The notes under the pieces are model-generated. The model was not told where the DNA came from, searched no databases, and saw only the letters and a program-made list of their open reading frames with translations. A DNA stretch of 64,000 bases from a virus (taxonomy: Duplodnaviria; Heunggongvirae; Uroviricota; Caudoviricetes). The stretch's first letter is position 1, and the number at the start of each line of letters is the position of its first letter. The translations under genes and the position numbers were made by a program. Location: IMG/VR virus record IMGVR_UViG_3300027156_000002; one strand, 5' to 3'. Below are positions 18,581-28,188 of this stretch, piece after piece.

Positions 18581-19596
18581 GTACTAAATTTTAATTTTGC
18601 TTCAACACCTGAAAAGGTATTCGTATTTATCAATTGAACAATTTCGTCAGTAGTCATTTTACCATCTAAAATCATTTCATTGATATCTTTTTGCATTACG
18701 GTGTCGGGGAACATACAAACATTATAGCCTAAACTAATATATTTGTCAAGTTGTTTCACTATGTCTTTATTACGTGGCTCATTATCCATTACAATCGTTG
18801 CGTTAGTAAGTAGCTGCCGAATAGTAGGGGTATCAAAACTTGCTCCTGACACAGCGATTGCATTTGGTAAGAATAGCGAATCAATTGGTCCTTCAACAAC
18901 ATATATGCGTTTGCTATAATCCAAGCGATCGAGTCCATAAATTTTCTCCTGCGTTTCATCTACTTTAATTGTATAATACTTAGGCTCTTCTTTACCAAAT
19001 GCTCTGGCTTGATATGCAAAACATTTACCAGCAGCAGTGAAGTAAGGAATGATAAGTCTTGGGTGCTCATCTACTATTGGCTCTTGAAATTTTGGCGTAA
19101 CGGTATTGGTATATGCTTTAAATTTTGGAGCAAAGTAGAGTAAGTTCCGTTTATCCTTTGGTATCTGTCGGTTGTTTATATATTGAAGAACTGGATGACC
19201 ATCTGGTAATTTATCGATGCGTGTAAGACTCTCGAGGATATCATCCTCAAGTAAATCTTCTTGTGGAGTTTCTAAGACGACACTGGTATCAGCAATGTCT
19301 TTGTGGTCATTATATCTTGTAGCACCACCTTTGTAGCGTTCCAAGACATACTCATCATAAAGTTTTGTATCGACATACTTGATTAAGTTGCCGAGATTGG
19401 TTCCATATCCGCAGTTGTGACACTTACAGAATAAATCTGATTTTGCACGATAGATGTATCCACGTGCTTTAAGTTTGTTTGTGGTACTATCACCACAGAC
19501 TGGACAGGAATAATTCCAAAGGTAATCTTTTTTCTGTTTGAAATTTCTTAGACGTGATCCAAGAATACTTGCAAACTTAACATCAATGTATAACAT
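18565..19596 (-). CDS. 61: DNA primase (T4 gp61-like)
   Basis: 343 aa. N-terminal zinc finger CPVC...CHNC and a C-terminal toprim-like region. Positioned as in T4, where 41-61 are co-transcribed. Confidence 0.8.
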   Translation of the reverse strand: MLYIDVKFASILGSRLRNFKQKKDYLWNYSCPVCGDSTTNKLKARGYIYRAKSDLFCKCHNCGYGTNLGNLIKYVDTKLYDEYVLERYKGGATRYNDHKDIADTSVVLETPQEDLLEDDILESLTRIDKLPDGHPVLQYINNRQIPKDKRNLLYFAPKFKAYTNTVTPKFQEPIVDEHPRLIIPYFTAAGKCFAYQARAFGKEEPKYYTIKVDETQEKIYGLDRLDYSKRIYVVEGPIDSLFLPNAIAVSGASFDTPTIRQLLTNATIVMDNEPRNKDIVKQLDKYISLGYNVCMFPDTVMQKDINEMILDGKMTTDEIVQLINTNTFSGVEAKLKFSTWRKI

Positions 19597-19648
19597 AATA
19601 ACTCCACTAGAGTAACTATTTTACCCCAGTTCACAATTAAAAGCAAAT

Positions 19649-20002
19649 TTATTTTATAAACTTTTGTAAAACGTCAATATGACCCAATGCATATCCAAGA
19701 ACTATTGCACCGCCTACAATCATCCATCTCCAACGCTCGAGAATATCAACACGTTCTTTAACTTTATCCATTGAAGACTTCAGAGATAAGTGCTGTTCTG
19801 AATCGGATTTTGCAAGTGCATCGATTTTTTCATCGAGCTTATCCATAATCTCACGATTACCTGTGGTAATTCTAGAATGCAATTCTTTGATGTCATTCTT
19901 TACTTCGCCGACATCTTCTTTGATGGCTTCGACCTGTGTTTCCAATTTGGCTACTCTTTCTTGATCTAACATAGTAGGAAAATTTTCGTTATTAGTTATC
20001 AT
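19649..20002 (-). CDS. coiled-coil protein with C-terminal TM anchor
   Basis: 117 aa. C-terminal hydrophobic WRWMIVGGAIVLGYALG. Confidence 0.4.
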   Translation of the reverse strand: MITNNENFPTMLDQERVAKLETQVEAIKEDVGEVKNDIKELHSRITTGNREIMDKLDEKIDALAKSDSEQHLSLKSSMDKVKERVDILERWRWMIVGGAIVLGYALGHIDVLQKFIK

Positions 20003-20012
20003 TACACAAGAC

Positions 20013-20279
20013 TCATTTCACACTATCAAAAATGTCTTTTTGTGTCTTGTACCACTCTATCCAAGTTTCTACTGCAATGCGACATTCATGGTACATACCA
20101 TAATTGTCAGAGACAACTTTGATAACCTCAGAAAGTTTATCAGTTGTTTCTATCTGTTTTAAGTCAGGACATGATACCAAAAGTGCTTGTGGAACTTCTG
20201 GGAACTTACGCTTGACTGGTGTGGTTAAACAACCAGATAGCAAAAATACTATTGGTATAATAATGAGTAACTTTCTCAT
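20013..20279 (-). CDS. small lipoprotein (o-spanin-like candidate)
   Basis: 88 aa. Lipobox LLSGC. Overlaps the upstream membrane protein by 4 nt. Confidence 0.4.
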   Translation of the reverse strand: MRKLLIIIPIVFLLSGCLTTPVKRKFPEVPQALLVSCPDLKQIETTDKLSEVIKVVSDNYGMYHECRIAVETWIEWYKTQKDIFDSVK

Positions 20280-20737
20280 TTCTTGACCTCAGGTCTTTTC
20301 GCTGCTTCATTAAGAATGTCAATTGTTTCTGATGACACTTTACATTGAGAATCAATCTTAACTTCTACATTCTTAATCTTTTCTTGTATTACTATTTGTG
20401 TATCTTTAACAACTTTAACTTTGTCAATATAAACCTTTTCGATTTTAACATTGGCTGTTTTAGCTTGCTCTTCAGATAATGCAACTTTGGCTTCAAGTTC
20501 TCTAACTCTTGCTCTCCATTCTTGCTCGATTGCCAAACCACCTTTGAAGTAAACACCTGCCAGAAGTAACACTATACTTACTACCTGCAATAGAGTACGA
20601 TAAGGTATAATCCAAGGTATCCAACGAATAGCAAGTTTAAATAAAACTGAAACTGTTGTACCTACTATACCAGCTAGTAATACACCATTAATTATCCAAA
20701 CGAGTAATGCGTCTGGAAGGAAACTTAACAACCACAT
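20276..20737 (-). CDS. membrane protein with periplasmic coiled coil (i-spanin-like candidate, but has more than 1 TM)
   Basis: 153 aa. A hydrophobic N-terminal roughly 75 aa is followed by a coiled coil. The gene is paired and overlapping with the lipoprotein gene. Confidence 0.35.
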   Translation of the reverse strand: MWLLSFLPDALLVWIINGVLLAGIVGTTVSVLFKLAIRWIPWIIPYRTLLQVVSIVLLLAGVYFKGGLAIEQEWRARVRELEAKVALSEEQAKTANVKIEKVYIDKVKVVKDTQIVIQEKIKNVEVKIDSQCKVSSETIDILNEAAKRPEVKK

Positions 20738-21252
20738 TATGCTGCCTCAAGAGGTGGTTTACGTCTAGCCATTTGTTTATGTTTAGCAATATCTTTCTTT
20801 AATGGAGCAGGAGTATCGGTGGCTACACCAGCACCAGCAACATTGGCTACTGCATCTTCACTTAAAAACTTACTGACTAAAATCTCTTCTTCTACCAAAT
20901 AAACATTATCTTCTAACATCTCTAAGATCTGAATATATCTTTGTTCCATTAAAGATGTAGTTCTATCATTACTTTGATAATATTCTTTAACTAAAAACAA
21001 TGCAGCTACAAGACTTTTTAACTTACTTTCTCCACCTGGAAGTTTGTTAATAATCTTTTTCATATTGAAAACAAGACGATTTAAATAAGTATAAGCATCT
21101 TTTTCTGCAGAAGTTTTTAATGTGCTGGACTTCTTAAGGTTTTTACCTTTAGCGTCAATGATACCTAACTTATATGCTTGCGTATCATCAAATGGCTTGA
21201 TAAGCATAGTTAAAATTCTATATGCTATCAAGTTGTCTATTAGTCTGCTCAT
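20737..21252 (-). CDS. hypothetical protein
   Basis: 171 aa ORF. Confidence 0.45.
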   Translation of the reverse strand: MSRLIDNLIAYRILTMLIKPFDDTQAYKLGIIDAKGKNLKKSSTLKTSAEKDAYTYLNRLVFNMKKIINKLPGGESKLKSLVAALFLVKEYYQSNDRTTSLMEQRYIQILEMLEDNVYLVEEEILVSKFLSEDAVANVAGAGVATDTPAPLKKDIAKHKQMARRKPPLEAA

Positions 21253-21686
21253 ATCTTCCTTAATACTGCGATAATCGTTTCGTCCAATTTAATATCAGTA
21301 AGATTAATTCCATATTCTGGAATAGTCTCTGGCATCCTATTAAGATAAACTAAGAAAGTGATTAGTTGTGGCCACAAGTCTTCTTCAATTTTATGAAACA
21401 ACATCTTAGTTGTTGATTCACCAAAGATATTGTATAAAACAATAATGTGGTTTAATATTAATCGCTCTCTTAATTCACCTGAATTTTTATACCTGTATAT
21501 TAATTTTTTCAAGTATATAAATTTTTTCAGGTCATCTTCAAATTCAGCTATGCTATGACATTGCGGATTATCATAATGTCGCATGGCATAAACTAAAAAA
21601 TTAGCATCATTTAATTTTTCGAGCATCATCATTCTTTTCAGTTGCTGCCGAAACCATAAATTTTTCACACATTGCCATCGCACCAT
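21249..21686 (-). CDS. hypothetical protein
   Basis: 145 aa ORF. The true start may be an internal Met. Confidence 0.4.
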   Translation of the reverse strand: MVRWQCVKNLWFRQQLKRMMMLEKLNDANFLVYAMRHYDNPQCHSIAEFEDDLKKFIYLKKLIYRYKNSGELRERLILNHIIVLYNIFGESTTKMLFHKIEEDLWPQLITFLVYLNRMPETIPEYGINLTDIKLDETIIAVLRKI

Positions 21687-21859
21687 TAATCTGATGAATC
21701 TCTGCTTCAGTCTGCATCATTGTGTTGCGTAACTGCGTAAGAAAATCCATCTTTTCTTTGTGCGCTGCTCTCAGTGTTTCAAGTTCGCTTTTAATATTCT
21801 CTAACATACTAACCCATTCTAAAAGGAGGGGAGGAATCTCCCCTCAACCAATTTATTTA

Positions 21860-22129
21860 TTAGGCATCAGCACCGATAGTTGTATCATCAGTGTTGTCAT
21901 CACCAGTGATTGATGACATAGCAACTAGAACTTCAGTCTTGTTGCGTGTTACACCTTGTGCATCAGTGTATGTATTAGTTGTTACCCAGCCTGCATGAGC
22001 AACACCTTTAGCCTTGTTTGCTGCGACTGCTGCTTCTGCTGCAGAGATACCCTCAACAGCTGCTTTACCAGCAGTGTTTAGATATTGTGGCTTGCTGCCA
22101 GCTGCGTCTGTTTTTCCCCATAGTGCCAT
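21860..22129 (-). CDS. small Ala-rich protein
   Basis: 89 aa. GGAG SD upstream. Confidence 0.4.
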   Translation of the reverse strand: MALWGKTDAAGSKPQYLNTAGKAAVEGISAAEAAVAANKAKGVAHAGWVTTNTYTDAQGVTRNKTEVLVAMSSITGDDNTDDTTIGADA

Positions 22130-22139
22130 TTTATTCTCC

Positions 22140-24569
22140 TTATTTGAAATTAGGCAAGTGTACTGGATAGCCTGTCATTTCGACACCACTACCTTTTCTC
22201 TTAGCAATAGTTCCCTTCTGACGTGCGCCAGATGTAGAACCTGCTGGACGACCACGACCACGTTTCTCTGCAGCTGGTTTAGCTGGCTTGTCTTCATCGT
22301 CGTAACCTTTTTTGTCTGCTTCGGCTTCACCCTTATAATACTCAGTACCATAACCACGACCACTCACTTTACGTACTGGTAAGTCAGCCATTTTAACCTC
22401 ATCAAGAGATTCTACAAACTCTTTATATGTTTTCATGTTAGTTATTACCTCTCCGTTATCGTCAAATTGTTCCACTTCTTCTTTATGACTCTTCATACCC
22501 TTATTCTTCATATACCATGCAAGAGCAAAAGGATTATCAATTTCTTTATGCTTCTTCATTGCTTTAACAGTACCCTCAAATCCTGGAGGTGCTTTCTCGT
22601 CAACTTGTTCGACTTCTTCAGTTCTAGTTCTGCGACCTGCGAAATGATGAATACCTCTGTTCTTCAATTCAGAACGAGATGCTTCATATTCATATCGGTT
22701 TTTCACTTCACTAGGTCTTGTCTGACCAAGGGTTTTAACTTTTTTATCGAGAGTTGATGTTGCTTGTTTTTTGGCAATCTTATTGGTTGCCGTGTACAAC
22801 CCCGCATCTCTTTTATCACTAGTATCGCCAGACTTTAAATTCTTTCTAACATATGACTTTAAAGTTTTCTGATCTAATTCATCGATCTGTTCAACTTCTT
22901 CGCAGGACACCTTATTAGTTGGATGACCATTGATTGGTTTCTTAGTTGCTTTGTATGCTTTATTCTCAGGTGTTCCTTTGATATACTTCTTATCTGGAAC
23001 TGGAGCAACTGGAGCTTGTTCATCAACAACGTCTTCTTTGATTTTACTCTTTGCAGCAATAGCTTGTTTAGCAAGTTCACGTGCACGACTCATTGGTGAT
23101 TGAGTAGTGCCATCTGAGTTTTTAACAGGTTTAGTCTTTGTATATGGACCATCAAATGGAACACTATTCTTAGAAGAACCACCACCAATCTCGTCACCTT
23201 TACGACGATAAGCAGATGCTGGCTTTTGGTAGTAACCTTCTTCCATTTCAACTTCTTCTTTGTAGATAGTTCCAATATGTTTTGCTTTAATCTTTTGTAG
23301 AGAGTTGCGACCACTAGCGTTCATAGTGTGGTTAACATCAAAGCCACCACTATGAGCATAAATCTCAATACCATCAAGATTGTCACGATGGGTTTTAACT
23401 TTTTCTTTAGCATACTTCACAGCATCTTCTTTAGTTTTGAATGGTGCTGCTTCCACCACTTGTTCAACTGACTCATCAACATAAACTGCACGAGTTCTTT
23501 CTCCAGGATGATACGCTTTAGTGCGTTTACCAGTAATACTCTTTCCGTGATCGTCAGCTTCTTTAGAAGTTTTGAAACCTTTTTTATGCGCAGTCATATT
23601 ACCATAAACATCCATTGAAGATGAATGATATGTACCGTGAACTGTATTCTTTTTGACCTTAGCATGATTCCAAGTTTGACTAGCTTCTTCTATTTCAACT
23701 TCTTCGTTGGTTTCTTTCTTACCTGTCAAGAAGTTCTTAAAGTTTTTCAAATCTGATTTGATAGATGGTTTCTTACCCATATCTTTTAAATAACTCTTAT
23801 CGGCAATGTCAGTGTTCTTTGCTGGAACTGATTCATCAAAGTGTTTGTAATCAACAGTAGTTTTCTTACTGCCTGATGTTCTGTGAGAAACAAAATGAAC
23901 TTTGTCATCTTCACGTGTTACATGAACTTGATTACCAGTTTCATCTTTATACATAGCCTTCGAATGTTCACCACTTGGTCGTAAACCCTTAACAATCTTT
24001 TGGTGTTCTGGATGTAGAGGATAAGAAATATCTTTGCCGTGATGAACAGTCATCATCTTACCCCAAGAATAATCTTTCTTGCTTACTGTGGCTTCTTCTA
24101 ACTCAACTTCTTCTTTTAATTTCGCTGAGATTTTATGAACTTTATATCCTTTGTCAGAGAAATGTTTTCTTGCAGCACGCTCTGCATGCTTTGGAGTTGC
24201 TGCCAATATAGATAGTGCTTTCTTTATAACTTCACGCTTCTCACCATCAGCAGGAGTTCCAGTATTATCAGAAACATGAGCAACTACAGTATGACGTCTA
24301 GAGTAATCATCTTCTTCGTCAATAGTTTCTTCAGAAACTAAAATATACTTGTTATTTGATGGGTTCAACTTAGGTTTTTGTCCAGGTGCTGCAGCAGCTT
24401 TCGCATCTTGATAAGTTGCAAACACTCTAGCTTCGATAATATCGTCAGCTACTTCTGTTTCTTCAGGAACACAGTTAGGAACTTTTCTTCCATTCTTATC
24501 CTTTAAACCAACTGCTTTATAGCCTTTCCAGCAAGCACTGGCTAAATCTGCAAATTTCTTTTTTGCCAT
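22140..24569 (-). CDS. large basic Lys-rich protein with six EEVE(x)EE repeats and C-terminal AT-hook (GRGRPAG)
   Basis: 809 aa. The repeats NEEVEIEEA, KEEVEMEEG, CEEVEQIDE, TEEVEQVDE, KEEVEQFDD and KEEVELEEA are read directly. RGRP is an AT-hook core. Confidence 0.55.
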   Translation of the reverse strand: MAKKKFADLASACWKGYKAVGLKDKNGRKVPNCVPEETEVADDIIEARVFATYQDAKAAAAPGQKPKLNPSNNKYILVSEETIDEEDDYSRRHTVVAHVSDNTGTPADGEKREVIKKALSILAATPKHAERAARKHFSDKGYKVHKISAKLKEEVELEEATVSKKDYSWGKMMTVHHGKDISYPLHPEHQKIVKGLRPSGEHSKAMYKDETGNQVHVTREDDKVHFVSHRTSGSKKTTVDYKHFDESVPAKNTDIADKSYLKDMGKKPSIKSDLKNFKNFLTGKKETNEEVEIEEASQTWNHAKVKKNTVHGTYHSSSMDVYGNMTAHKKGFKTSKEADDHGKSITGKRTKAYHPGERTRAVYVDESVEQVVEAAPFKTKEDAVKYAKEKVKTHRDNLDGIEIYAHSGGFDVNHTMNASGRNSLQKIKAKHIGTIYKEEVEMEEGYYQKPASAYRRKGDEIGGGSSKNSVPFDGPYTKTKPVKNSDGTTQSPMSRARELAKQAIAAKSKIKEDVVDEQAPVAPVPDKKYIKGTPENKAYKATKKPINGHPTNKVSCEEVEQIDELDQKTLKSYVRKNLKSGDTSDKRDAGLYTATNKIAKKQATSTLDKKVKTLGQTRPSEVKNRYEYEASRSELKNRGIHHFAGRRTRTEEVEQVDEKAPPGFEGTVKAMKKHKEIDNPFALAWYMKNKGMKSHKEEVEQFDDNGEVITNMKTYKEFVESLDEVKMADLPVRKVSGRGYGTEYYKGEAEADKKGYDDEDKPAKPAAEKRGRGRPAGSTSGARQKGTIAKRKGSGVEMTGYPVHLPNFK

Positions 24570-24572
24570 TTA

Positions 24573-25019
24573 TTATTCTCCAATTTTCTTTAAGCTGGAA
24601 CGTATCATCCAACCATGTTTCTTGTGAGCATCCAATCTTCCAGCAATAAAATCAGCAAAACCCTGCTCTTTGTCTTTCGATAATAGATCGAACAGTTTAT
24701 TTAGGCTCTCGATGGTTTTATTGTTGGCTTCTTGTAAATCTTGCAGCATTTCAGTTACATTACTAGCGTTATTATCATTATCGATAGTTGTAACTTTATA
24801 CATTTCTTCTATATTCTTTGGAGCATACTCATCAAGCGCACGCATCTCTTCTGCCATTGGATCAACTGCTCCATAAATTTCTTCATAAAGATTGCCAAAA
24901 AATTCATGATACTGTGGAAAGAACATCCCTTCCAAGTTCCAATGATAAGATTGTGCCTTAAAATACATTAAGAATGTATTTGCTAAGCAAATTTTCGCAG
25001 TAACTAAAGTTTCATTCAT
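24573..25019 (-). CDS. Dps/ferritin-like four-helix-bundle protein
   Basis: 148 aa. The pattern resembles Dps (YHWN...F..H.........E..D..AER). Confidence 0.5.
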   Translation of the reverse strand: MNETLVTAKICLANTFLMYFKAQSYHWNLEGMFFPQYHEFFGNLYEEIYGAVDPMAEEMRALDEYAPKNIEEMYKVTTIDNDNNASNVTEMLQDLQEANNKTIESLNKLFDLLSKDKEQGFADFIAGRLDAHKKHGWMIRSSLKKIGE

Positions 25020-25020
25020 A

Positions 25021-25518
25021 TTAACAATTCCATTTTCTTAATGCCAATGCTTTACGAGTTGGCTCGCCATTTGGCTTCTTCATTGGTCCTTCTACGCCAG
25101 ACATTCTGGCACAGAAAGACTTGCGACGATTGGCAGCTTTGCTACCAGCTTTTAATTTTGATGGTGGTGTTGTTACAGGTGCTTTAAGATTGCCACCCTC
25201 TGTTCTGTTATAATGATCTCGACCCTTTTGTGTCAAGCCACCAGTTGAAGATTTAAATCCTTTTGCATCAACAGCTGCTTCTTTAACAGTTAAAGATTTT
25301 TCATGGTGTTCATCTGCCTTTTCAGCATGCTTGTCTGCTGATGCCGAACGACCCTTCGACTCATGCCACTCGGACATAGCATCATGATGATCCGCCATGT
25401 GTGCATGAAATGACTTCATATCACCTTTAGATTCAGCGTCATTGGCTTTTGATAAATGCTCTTCTGCCTCATCATGTTTGGCATTATCTTCTGTAAGGTA
25501 ATCTTTAAAACGCAACAT
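25021..25518 (-). CDS. His-rich acidic internal-head-protein candidate with capsid-targeting-sequence-like N-terminus (MLRFKDYLTE)
   Basis: Start re-assigned to ATG 25516-25518, overlapping the upstream stop by 11 nt. The N-terminus matches the paralog family and the T4 capsid-targeting sequence MKTYQEFIAE, and ends in a L-T-E gp21-type cleavage site. His-rich (HAHMADHHDAMSEWHE, KHAEKADEHHEK). Confidence 0.5.
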   Translation of the reverse strand: MLRFKDYLTEDNAKHDEAEEHLSKANDAESKGDMKSFHAHMADHHDAMSEWHESKGRSASADKHAEKADEHHEKSLTVKEAAVDAKGFKSSTGGLTQKGRDHYNRTEGGNLKAPVTTPPSKLKAGSKAANRRKSFCARMSGVEGPMKKPNGEPTRKALALRKWNC

Positions 25519-27385
25519 TTCCAGATCCTTTAGTATATTTTGTATGTGATAATCTTGCTTTCTCAACAGCACGAATACGTGGAACAAGTTTCATTGCTAC
25601 ACGACCGATAACTTGTTTGCGTCTTTGAATAACTCTTTCTACACGCTCTTTCTCTCCAACTGAAAGTTTGTTATAGTCACGACCACGGAGTAGACGTTTC
25701 TTCATTAACTTAATTGCAAGACGACGTGCACGTTTGTTTGTAGTCTTAGTGGTGGCACGAGTTCTTAATGCGATGGATGCTTTACGTTCACGCTTAGCCT
25801 TAGATTTTGCAAAACGAACTCTTGCACGCATACGTTCTGTTCTTGAAAGAACTTCCAGAATTGCTTGCTCTTGCATTGTGCAAGCACATTCTTCATCGTC
25901 ATATTCTTCGCCAGTATCTGGATCGATAATACCAAACTCATCATCTTCATACTCATCGATGAATTCATCATCTGGTGTAGTATTAATAATGTGATCGATT
26001 TCTTCATCAGTAAGATCTAATTCTTTTTCTAACACATCTCTAGTGTGTTCACATCCTTCTTCGCCATGCTTTACGTTGTGTACTGGACAAATACCAGTAT
26101 CTTCCCATTCTTCATCATGTGGTTCATCGCCAGCATGATTAACTTTGCTCACATCAACTGGAGCTACTTCACCCAATTGTTGTTTAATTTTTTGTTTGCG
26201 TAAAGTTTCAGATGCTCCTGGTTCAACTAAACTATGTCCAGGTTTGCAGTGATTCTCTTTTACATCTTTCTTCTGTTCTTTTTCTTTTTTCTCACGTTCC
26301 TGTCTTTCTTGTTTCGCCATGCGAGACATTCTCTTGATGAAAGAAGGTTTATTATAATATGGAGTTGCTTCATCCAAAGAAGTTTCTTCTTGAGTAAGTT
26401 TCTGTGGAATTAAATTTGTGTCATATTGAATACCAACTTGGTTAGCCAGTTGTAACATCTTATTAACAATGTTCAATGCTTCTGGATTCAAAGTCTTGGA
26501 TTTGATTCTGCGTAGTGCAGTATTAACAAGCAACTCAGCGTTTGCAGTTGCCTCAACTTTATCCACACCAAGCATAGTTGCGATTACTCGAGCAACTTTA
26601 ATCTTATCGTTGGTTTTTAAAGTCTTATCTGTTAAGTCTTCGTTCATTTCTTTTTCTTCCGTTGGTATTACGTCTTGTATCCATTTAGAAACTAATTTGC
26701 CACTAGCTTCTTTAAGTAGTAAATGGTTTGAGCCACGTTTAACTACTGCTAATTTTTCTCCACTACATTCAACGATATCTCCGACATTAAAAATTTCACC
26801 ACGGAAATATTGTTCACGTACAGTATCTTTGACCAAATTAAGCTGCTCTTTAATTGGTTCTAAACCCATCGTAATACGGACATCGTTCATCAAACGACGA
26901 CCATCTAACTCACGAACAGAACTTGGCAACTTTTTCTTAAACTCTTCAAAAATTCCTTTAGTAGCAAAAGATTTCATCTTTGAAGAATTTACATCTGGGT
27001 CTTTATCTAAAGTAGAAATAATCTGAATGGAACTTGATTCTTTAACAATTTTTTTCAAGCTGGCTGATTGTTCGCTGCCGACAACCAATACAACATGTTT
27101 ATACTTCTGCGACAAATCTTTAATCGTTTCCGATAAAGATGTGATACTTTTAAAAGAAGTATTTGGGAACATTAAATTTAGATAATGTTCTTTCTTATCT
27201 TCTTGGATAATACTGTTCTTAGATGGGGATGTATAGATTACGTGGTCAGAATTTTTTTGTTCTGCCAGTTTTTTGACTGTCTTGACTAGTAGTTCGTGAC
27301 CGATTGTAGGAGGGTTAAACTCGCTAACTGCACAAACAATAGTACTGGACGGTAGTTCTTTGATTAGTTGTCTGTAATCTTTCAT
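25505..27385 (-). CDS. capsid-targeting-sequence-bearing protein with N-terminal HxGH nucleotidyltransferase-like domain and charged C-terminal region
   Basis: 626 aa. N-terminus MKDYRQLIKE followed by LPS. VCAVSEFNPPTIGHELL is a (H/T)xGH Rossmann nucleotidyltransferase motif. The C-terminus is Arg/Lys-rich. Confidence 0.55.
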   Translation of the reverse strand: MKDYRQLIKELPSSTIVCAVSEFNPPTIGHELLVKTVKKLAEQKNSDHVIYTSPSKNSIIQEDKKEHYLNLMFPNTSFKSITSLSETIKDLSQKYKHVVLVVGSEQSASLKKIVKESSSIQIISTLDKDPDVNSSKMKSFATKGIFEEFKKKLPSSVRELDGRRLMNDVRITMGLEPIKEQLNLVKDTVREQYFRGEIFNVGDIVECSGEKLAVVKRGSNHLLLKEASGKLVSKWIQDVIPTEEKEMNEDLTDKTLKTNDKIKVARVIATMLGVDKVEATANAELLVNTALRRIKSKTLNPEALNIVNKMLQLANQVGIQYDTNLIPQKLTQEETSLDEATPYYNKPSFIKRMSRMAKQERQEREKKEKEQKKDVKENHCKPGHSLVEPGASETLRKQKIKQQLGEVAPVDVSKVNHAGDEPHDEEWEDTGICPVHNVKHGEEGCEHTRDVLEKELDLTDEEIDHIINTTPDDEFIDEYEDDEFGIIDPDTGEEYDDEECACTMQEQAILEVLSRTERMRARVRFAKSKAKRERKASIALRTRATTKTTNKRARRLAIKLMKKRLLRGRDYNKLSVGEKERVERVIQRRKQVIGRVAMKLVPRIRAVEKARLSHTKYTKGSGNVAF

Positions 27386-27428
27386 TTAATCCATCTATAA
27401 AGTAATTTCTATTCATTTATTTAGGCAA

Positions 27429-27659
27429 TTATGCCACGCTAATTAACGCTTTTGCTGCTGCAACGATCCAACGACAGGCTACCTCGTCTGTGGCTAACTC
27501 CTGTTGGGCACGAATTTCAGCGATTTCATTGACCAAATACTCATATTCTTCTTTGGATAGCTGTCCCTGTTCATAATTTTCACGAATAACCAATAACTCG
27601 TTCGCCAATGCTGCTGCTGGACCACCCATTCCTGCTGCTTCTCTTAATTGTTCTAGCAT
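27429..27659 (-). CDS. hypothetical small protein
   Basis: 76 aa. Confidence 0.35.
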   Translation of the reverse strand: MLEQLREAAGMGGPAAALANELLVIRENYEQGQLSKEEYEYLVNEIAEIRAQQELATDEVACRWIVAAAKALISVA

Positions 27660-27856
27660 CTTGGACCCCTTAAAAATTCAACAATACCTTTGGCAGTTTT
27701 CATATGTCGTGCTTTATATGCACGATATTCATTTACCTCATCCATAATTGGATTCTTAATTTCTTCTAATCCTATAGATTCATATCCTGGATGATAAGGT
27801 GCTTCTGCTACTAATCTATCTTCAGTTGTAAATGTAGTCATTATCTTCCTTTCCAA
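27653..27856 (-). CDS. hypothetical small protein
   Basis: 67 aa. Confidence 0.35.
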   Translation of the reverse strand: MERKIMTTFTTEDRLVAEAPYHPGYESIGLEEIKNPIMDEVNEYRAYKARHMKTAKGIVEFLRGPRC

Positions 27857-28188
27857 GCATCTACTATTACATCGATTCTAACTTTATTTGTTTTAACAAC
27901 AGATTCGCAGAATACTTTGTTCTTGGATTCTCCTGCTTTCTTGATAGCTTCTTGCAATTTTCCAATAGCTTCTGCTTGTGGGTCAGATCTTAAAACAGCA
28001 TAAACTTTTAATCTCTCGATATACTCGTCTGCGTTTTGGAACATTAACTGATTACCACATTCTAATTTATCAACTGCTATTTTGGTATCAACTAAACGAC
28101 CAAACATTTCTGGGTCGTGTGGTCTTGGTAGGATAACAGAACATGCAGATAAAGAAACTACGGCAAGAATCAGTATTAACTTTTTCAT
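27841..28188 (-). CDS. lipoprotein
   Basis: 115 aa. Signal peptide plus lipobox LSAC. Confidence 0.45.
   Translation of the reverse strand: MKKLILILAVVSLSACSVILPRPHDPEMFGRLVDTKIAVDKLECGNQLMFQNADEYIERLKVYAVLRSDPQAEAIGKLQEAIKKAGESKNKVFCESVVKTNKVRIDVIVDAWKGR

Noticed and set aside
19650-19690. Possible T4 late promoter or sigma70 promoter upstream of gene 61 (rc ...GTTTATAAAATAAAT...)
   Set aside because: TATAAAATA is not the exact TATAAATA core. The alternative TTGACG-15/16-TAAAAT spacing is sub-optimal. Left unannotated.
25021-25587. Track version of the His-rich protein starting at 25587 (MFHVFVLLRK...)
   Set aside because: It would overlap the upstream 626-aa gene by about 80 nt. The internal Met at 25516-25518 yields the family-conserved MLRFKDYLTE N-terminus.
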